NCBI GenBank assembly: GCA_964644035.1
Contig: CAZXUH010000001.1
Coordinates: forward strand, 323,712-387,711
Length of the DNA stretch: 64,000 nt
Direction: 5' to 3'
Origin: an uncultured Candidatus Saccharibacteria bacterium
GTDB lineage: Bacteria; Patescibacteriota; Minisyncoccia; Phycocordibacterales; DAORIS01
Part shown: positions 58,678-64,000 of the stretch, one piece after another
Position numbering within the stretch: the first letter of the stretch is position 1
Layout of the letters: the number at the start of each line of letters is the position of its first letter
Notes under the pieces: model-generated
What the model was told of the DNA's origin: nothing
Databases searched by the model: none
What the model saw: the letters and a program-made list of their open reading frames with translations, nothing else
Translations under genes and position numbers: made by a program

Positions 58678-60048
58678 TTAGTGAGTAATAATTGTTATTT
58701 TTGGATTATGCATTTCTACATATATAATCGTATTGTCCTCGCAATCAAATGAACCTATAGTGTCTGAAATCGTAAATTCTTTTTGTTTTTTAAATAGTTC
58801 CTGTCCAAATAGACCAAAGAAAGATAGTTGGGGTTTTGGTGAACCAATAAAAGCAACTAGTGCACCATGATCGGTAACGAGACTATTAATGCTCGCTGCT
58901 ACGTTGACTGAACTTAAAAGGATTGGGTTTAGGTGATTTGAAATATCATATGAAAAGATTTCATGATTGTTTGGATTGTCGAATCCTCCAACAGTTCTGC
59001 CAACATAGAGTGTATTTCCAACAATAGAAAGTGATTTGCCATCCTGTACAGAAAATCCGGGCGCACTGATGAATCCTTTTTCTTGTATATGGTGCGGATC
59101 AGCTACATCCAATATTCTGACTTGCTTTTGATCAGGAGTAGCAACATATGCAATCGTCTCCTTGAGTCGTATTGCATTAATTTGAGTATTAGTTTCAAAA
59201 CCTCCTAGATATTTTGGAGTTGTCGAAGCATTTCTATCATATGAAAAAACCAAAAATTCTGAGGAAGTAGACTTGGTAAGACCTAGATAAATTTTGTCAT
59301 CATAATAATAAAGAACATTACCTTGACCATAACCTGTTACACTTGATGATGTAGAGATCTGATACTCAAATACTTTTTTAGGTGTAGAAGGATTGGTAAC
59401 ATCTATCATCATAAGTGGATATCGTGTACTGCGCACAGCAGCAAACACTCGACCATCGATAGCATGAATTGCTGCTACACCCGATCCAGCATTACTTACG
59501 CGAGCACTCCCAACTATTACAGGTAGCGTAGTACTAGCGATGTCAAAAATATAAAAATCGGGATCAGTACCATTGGTATCAAATGACCTTCCTGCTATGT
59601 ATAAATAATCATTAAGAATATCAATGGACTCGGGTTGGAAGCTGGGAGGCAATGTATATGTGGCTGCTATGCGGTAATTGAAGCTATTTTTAGGAATAAT
59701 ATTGCACGTACTTGCACCTATTGAATGCTTAATATCGAACACATCGGCTGTATATGCATACGTAGAAGTAGCTCTCACACTTTGAATCAATCTAGAATCC
59801 TGCAACTCTTTAGACAAAACACCAATAGGATTAACCAAAACAGTAGTACTTGAAATTAGATTTTCTTCTGTAAAACTAATCATAGGAAACAAGTCCAGCT
59901 TAATATCCTGAACCGAAAAATACTTTTGCTCTTCTAATGCAATCCTTTGATCGCTCAAATGCATGGCGGGAAAAATGGTGGCGTAAAGAAAAATCACCAA
60001 TGCCAAAGCAATAACAATCTCAAAAATAGTAAAACCTCTTTTATCCAT
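58678..60048 (-). CDS. Pilin N-terminus fused to LVIVD-like beta-propeller
   Basis: MDKRGFTIFEIVIAL; repeats FYIFDIAS..P, MIDVTNPSTP, ILDVADP, SYDISNHLNP. Confidence 0.75.
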   Translation of the reverse strand: MDKRGFTIFEIVIALALVIFLYATIFPAMHLSDQRIALEEQKYFSVQDIKLDLFPMISFTEENLISSTTVLVNPIGVLSKELQDSRLIQSVRATSTYAYTADVFDIKHSIGASTCNIIPKNSFNYRIAATYTLPPSFQPESIDILNDYLYIAGRSFDTNGTDPDFYIFDIASTTLPVIVGSARVSNAGSGVAAIHAIDGRVFAAVRSTRYPLMMIDVTNPSTPKKVFEYQISTSSSVTGYGQGNVLYYYDDKIYLGLTKSTSSEFLVFSYDRNASTTPKYLGGFETNTQINAIRLKETIAYVATPDQKQVRILDVADPHHIQEKGFISAPGFSVQDGKSLSIVGNTLYVGRTVGGFDNPNNHEIFSYDISNHLNPILLSSVNVAASINSLVTDHGALVAFIGSPKPQLSFFGLFGQELFKKQKEFTISDTIGSFDCEDNTIIYVEMHNPKITIITH

Positions 60049-61111
60049 GAAGCGAAGGAGTGAGCGAATACATGGGCGCAATAACAGAAAAAGCAACAAA
60101 TCCAACAACAATAGCAAGCGCAGTCATGACGGCTGGTTCAGAAATTTTAATACAAAATTGAATAACCATATCCAATTCCCTCTCTTTTTCCTCAGAAATA
60201 CGTTTAATGGCATTTGGTAGTGTAGATGTCTTTTCTCCTACAGCCACGGCAGAAACAAGAGCTGTTTCAAAAATATAAGGATGTTTTTTCATACATTCCG
60301 ACAAAGAGAGGCCTGCTTTCATCCTCATTTGAATATCATGAAAAACATCGTGCACCGGCTTAAACGTTATATGGTACACAACATGTTCGAAACTATTGGT
60401 CACCGACACACCACTCTCAGTCAAAAGTGAGAGTAAATAAAACAAACGCTGCAACATGTAATGTTTTACTATTTTAGAAATCAGAGGTGTTTTAATTAAA
60501 ATATGTTGAATTAGATTCCTTACCCTGACATATTTTTTAAAAACAAAGATCCCAAGAAAAGCCGAGATAGAAATCGTTAAAATCACATATATCCAATATG
60601 TAGAGAAAAAATTATATAGAAAAAGTATTAGACGGGTAGAAAAAGGTAGAGAAACACCCATACTGGTAAATACCGGTATGAGTTGAGGAAAAACATAGGA
60701 AGCCAAGACAATCATAAGCGCATTCATTGCTAAAAATATAAGACATGGGTACAAAAGTGCCCCCATAATATTTTGTCGTATGCGCTGCTGCTTAGTAAGA
60801 TATTCACTGCATCTGCCGAATACTTCCCTTAGCTTTCCCCTTTCCTCACCTATTTTTATGAGTGCAACAATAATAGACGGTGTACGAAAGAATTGTCGTA
60901 GGGATTCGGCCAATGACTTACCCGCCATAACCGCTTCTGAAAGTTTTTTATAGGCATCAGATTTTCTTGAATCAAGAGTGTTTTGAATAGACAATGCTTC
61001 TGATACAGAAATTCCCGAATCCAAAAAAGCATTCATACTTTGGCAGAAACGCGACAAATCACGTATCGATATAGACTGTGTATTACTTTTTATTAGATTT
61101 CTTATTCGCAT
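60041..61111 (-). CDS. pilC: PilC/GspF platform protein
   Basis: LDSGISVSEAL, IGEERGKL, ALLYP, VGEKTSTL, SEP, APMY. Confidence 0.88.
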   Translation of the reverse strand: MRIRNLIKSNTQSISIRDLSRFCQSMNAFLDSGISVSEALSIQNTLDSRKSDAYKKLSEAVMAGKSLAESLRQFFRTPSIIVALIKIGEERGKLREVFGRCSEYLTKQQRIRQNIMGALLYPCLIFLAMNALMIVLASYVFPQLIPVFTSMGVSLPFSTRLILFLYNFFSTYWIYVILTISISAFLGIFVFKKYVRVRNLIQHILIKTPLISKIVKHYMLQRLFYLLSLLTESGVSVTNSFEHVVYHITFKPVHDVFHDIQMRMKAGLSLSECMKKHPYIFETALVSAVAVGEKTSTLPNAIKRISEEKERELDMVIQFCIKISEPAVMTALAIVVGFVAFSVIAPMYSLTPSLHG

Positions 61112-62136
61112 GAAAGACTCATAATATCGGCCAATAATACTTTTCCTTGCTTTGATTTTTTAATACCGTCTTCAATGAGACTTATTGACTTATATTGTCC
61201 TGATACAAGTTCGTATACCACTGTTCTGCCTGCATAGCCTTTTTCTCTACATTCGATACAACCGGAAGATACCCATTCATCTGACGATGACTGACTAACA
61301 CACTTAATACAAAGACACCTTACAAGTCGCTGTGCGACTACAAGTTTTAGCGTGGCCTCGATCATATAGCGTTCAATACCCATATCTATAAATCTAGTTA
61401 CTACTTCATCGGCAGAGTTGGTATGAATGGTCGCAAATACCCTATGGCCTGTAAGCGCTGCTGAGACAGCAATACGAGCAGTCTCTGAATCTCTTATTTC
61501 CCCGACAATAATGACATCAGGGTCTTGCCGTAACACCGAACGCAGTCCTTCTGGGAATCTAAAACCCACTGCATGATTGACGGCAATCTGTCTGGTTTCA
61601 GAAAGAATATATTCTATAGGATCTTCAATACTAATAACAGAACTTTCTTTAGAAATAATTCCTGACACAATAGCGTAAAGGGTTGTTGTTTTACCACTAC
61701 CCGTTGGCCCTGCGACGATATATAAACCATTGCCACTATTGGCTTTTTTATTTAAAAATCCTTCATCTTCTTTTGAAAAACCGAGGGATTCCAAAGTAAT
61801 GGTCTGATTGTACGGCCGCAAAATCCTAAGAACCGCCGCTTCGCCAAAATAGCTTGGGGTAATGACAATTCTAATATCACGCACATGTTCGCCTTCTACA
61901 TGTATACGTCCGTCTTGAGGAATAAAGTGCTCATCGAGACGCATATTGGACATAACCTTCAGCCGAGCAATGACTTCATTGTGAAATACAATAGGATACT
62001 GGCAAATTTCTTCCAACAGACCGTCAGAGCGGATTCGTATAATCACCTTCTCCTGTTTGGGGTCTATATGAATATCAGAGGCATTGGCGTGGTAAGCGTC
62101 TGAGATAAGTGTGTCGACAAAATCGATAATATTCAT
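61102..62136 (-). CDS. pilB: PilB/GspE/ComGA ATPase (short, no N-terminal domain)
   Basis: ASDIHIDP, PQDGR, GPTGSGKTTT, IEDPIE, LRQDPDVIIVGEIRD, TGH. Confidence 0.9.
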   Translation of the reverse strand: MNIIDFVDTLISDAYHANASDIHIDPKQEKVIIRIRSDGLLEEICQYPIVFHNEVIARLKVMSNMRLDEHFIPQDGRIHVEGEHVRDIRIVITPSYFGEAAVLRILRPYNQTITLESLGFSKEDEGFLNKKANSGNGLYIVAGPTGSGKTTTLYAIVSGIISKESSVISIEDPIEYILSETRQIAVNHAVGFRFPEGLRSVLRQDPDVIIVGEIRDSETARIAVSAALTGHRVFATIHTNSADEVVTRFIDMGIERYMIEATLKLVVAQRLVRCLCIKCVSQSSSDEWVSSGCIECREKGYAGRTVVYELVSGQYKSISLIEDGIKKSKQGKVLLADIMSLSCE

Positions 62137-62249
62137 GCCAATAGTATAGAAAAAGAGGTATGAAATAAGGCTGTAGATAAGATAAAGAGAAGATGAAATT
62201 GACCCTCAAAACATGGTATTATTGAGGAATATAATAATAAGCAAACACG

Positions 62250-62516
62250 ATGACATCTACATCAACCCAGGCCTTACAGCAACTTAAGCATCAAATAGAG
62301 GAAGAGGATCGCGAATTGCGCGACAACGAAACAAAGTTGCGTGAACATAAATCAGAAGTGGATAGAAAAAAGAGAGAGTATGAAACAGCTGACGCAAAAA
62401 TGAAAGAAGTTGAAAATAAAATCAACGATCTTACTCGAAGGAGAACAGCCAACCTTGGAGAACTACACAGGGTGGAGGAAGAACTTGAAAAAGCTGTTCA
62501 TAATCAGAAAAAATAG
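62250..62516 (+). CDS. Small coiled-coil protein
   Basis: Charged heptads; own TTGACC..TATTAT promoter. Confidence 0.6.
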   Translation: MTSTSTQALQQLKHQIEEEDRELRDNETKLREHKSEVDRKKREYETADAKMKEVENKINDLTRRRTANLGELHRVEEELEKAVHNQKK

Positions 62517-62519
62517 TTT

Positions 62520-64000
62520 TTATTTAGCAACTTTGAGAGCTTCTTCGAATCGTATTGAAAGGAGTGTTGAGTAGCCTTCACTCGACATTGTCACACCGTA
62601 GAGCACACCAGCGCGAGACATTGTCTCGCGATTGTGCGTTATAAGAATAAGCTGTGAATGCTTAGCCAGGGAGGTAATCATATCACCATATTTACGAGAA
62701 TTGGCTTCATCGAGCGCTGCATCAGTTTCATCAAGTATGACAAATGGAGGTGGATTGACCTGAGAAACGGCGAAGAGAAGTGCGATCGAAGTCAGTGCTC
62801 TCTCACCTCCCGAAAGCATAACGAGACCTTTGATACGCTTGTGTGGCAATGAAACAAAGGCTTCTATACCTACCTGTTCTTCTTCCTCATCATCTTCATC
62901 GACTACTACATTGGGCATTGAATCATCAGCATCTTCATCATCAGAAGCCTCTTGAGATTTTTTCTTCATCGAGATCACATCGAGTCGAGCCTCTCCTCCG
63001 CCAAACATAGTGCTGAAAAATGCTCCGAAATTGTCATTGATTTTTACAATACCGTCATCGAAACGCTTTTTGAGTTCACTATCAAGCTCAGCAATGAGTT
63101 TTTTGAGAGAATCAGAAGCAACACTGAGATCTTGGATTTCTTTTTTCAAAAATTCATCACGTTCAGTCGTTTCTTTGTGCTCTTTGAGCACTTCCTCTCC
63201 CGTGCCAAGCCCAGCATCCTCTAAACGTATTTTCATGCGCTCTACTGAGCGTTTTCTTTCTTCTTGCTCATTTCGAGCCTCAGCTACAATTGCTTCGTGA
63301 GACAAGGTAGCACCCTGAGTTGATTTTGGTTCATATGTTACGTATTCAGAAATTCGGTGACCGATCAAAGCTCCGGCTTCGCCCAGTTCTCTTTTAAACT
63401 CAGCTTCTATTTCCATGAGCCTTTCTTCTTTGAGCTTTATCTGAGAAAGTTGATTCACAGCATCATTTTGCTTGGCTTTGATCTCATATTGCATTCGTTC
63501 AGCCTCGTGATTGCCACGCCTGTCTTGCTCAATAGCTATACGAAGCGCGTCTATCTGCCCACTGATCTTATGCATATTTTCGATCAGAGTCTTTATTTTT
63601 TCAGCACTAGCTTCCTTCTTTTTATTGAGTTCAGCTAAGTCTTTGTCATGTTCATGTGCATTGGACTTCGCAGCATGTTGATTGAGACTTTCGAAGAAAA
63701 TATGAATTTTTTCCTGCGCCTTTTTAATATGATTCATTGCAGACACAAGATCTTGATGTGATTGTGCTTCTTTGAGCAAATGGCTAATTTCATCGGTCAA
63801 ATCTTTGACTTGAGTATATGAAAGGGTTTGAGGATGACCCGATACAGGTTGTTTTGACTGCATGCGGGCAATAAATGCCAATTCTCCTTCTATACGACCA
63901 AGATCTCTTGAAACTTCATCCTTTTCAGCCTGTAGATCATTGTATTTTCCTTGAAGATTTCTAAGCTCTGCTTGCTTCTCTGGATCCTCAGGAGAGCGTG
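62520..64000 (-). CDS. smc: Chromosome segregation protein SMC, C-terminal part (5' end outside window)
   Basis: LSGGERALTSIALLFA, ILDETDAALDEAN, ITHN; the frame stays open to the window edge. Confidence 0.9.
   Translation of the reverse strand, partial: RSPEDPEKQAELRNLQGKYNDLQAEKDEVSRDLGRIEGELAFIARMQSKQPVSGHPQTLSYTQVKDLTDEISHLLKEAQSHQDLVSAMNHIKKAQEKIHIFFESLNQHAAKSNAHEHDKDLAELNKKKEASAEKIKTLIENMHKISGQIDALRIAIEQDRRGNHEAERMQYEIKAKQNDAVNQLSQIKLKEERLMEIEAEFKRELGEAGALIGHRISEYVTYEPKSTQGATLSHEAIVAEARNEQEERKRSVERMKIRLEDAGLGTGEEVLKEHKETTERDEFLKKEIQDLSVASDSLKKLIAELDSELKKRFDDGIVKINDNFGAFFSTMFGGGEARLDVISMKKKSQEASDDEDADDSMPNVVVDEDDEEEEQVGIEAFVSLPHKRIKGLVMLSGGERALTSIALLFAVSQVNPPPFVILDETDAALDEANSRKYGDMITSLAKHSQLILITHNRETMSRAGVLYGVTMSSEGYSTLLSIRFEEALKVAK

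Noticed and set aside
62520-64000. Hinge-less SMC
   Set aside because: The gene is cut by the window edge, so a hinge could lie upstream.
1-64000. Alternative genetic code (TGA=Gly as in Gracilibacteria/SR1)
   Set aside because: Core genes are full length under code 11, and several end in TGA (mrdA, tgt).

Overview
This is an AT-rich bacterial chromosome segment that looks like Patescibacteria (CPR, probably Parcubacteria-like). That assignment is inferred from a reduced dcw cluster, two MreBs, a short ProRS, a degenerate PriA, an HTH-MurA fusion, type IV pilus genes and housekeeping genes that largely lack Shine-Dalgarno sites. 1-21 kb and 50-64 kb are mostly housekeeping. tRNA-Asn (21085-21156) carries a ~7.2 kb integrated element bounded by a GAGCC core at 21154-21158 and 28368-28372. 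The element encodes a large serine recombinase whose own att site lies inside its gene, an HTH Rep-like protein, a 62-bp tandem hairpin array plus a pseudoknot, a BstXI-like R-M pair and a LexA-like repressor. From 28.4 to 42.6 kb there is a run of ~16 self-contained one-gene expression cassettes (TTGACA-like promoter, TTAC leader motif, AGGAG SD, ORF, intrinsic terminator). They contrast sharply with the SD-less native genes, and several payloads look Planctomycete-derived (PEP-CTERM, CGYDLR..CPECG, Zn-ribbon). One cassette seems to hold a structured ncRNA. 43-50 kb is a surface-polysaccharide locus (GT2, multidomain deacetylase, GH26). All family assignments come from motif recognition by eye; no searches were run.
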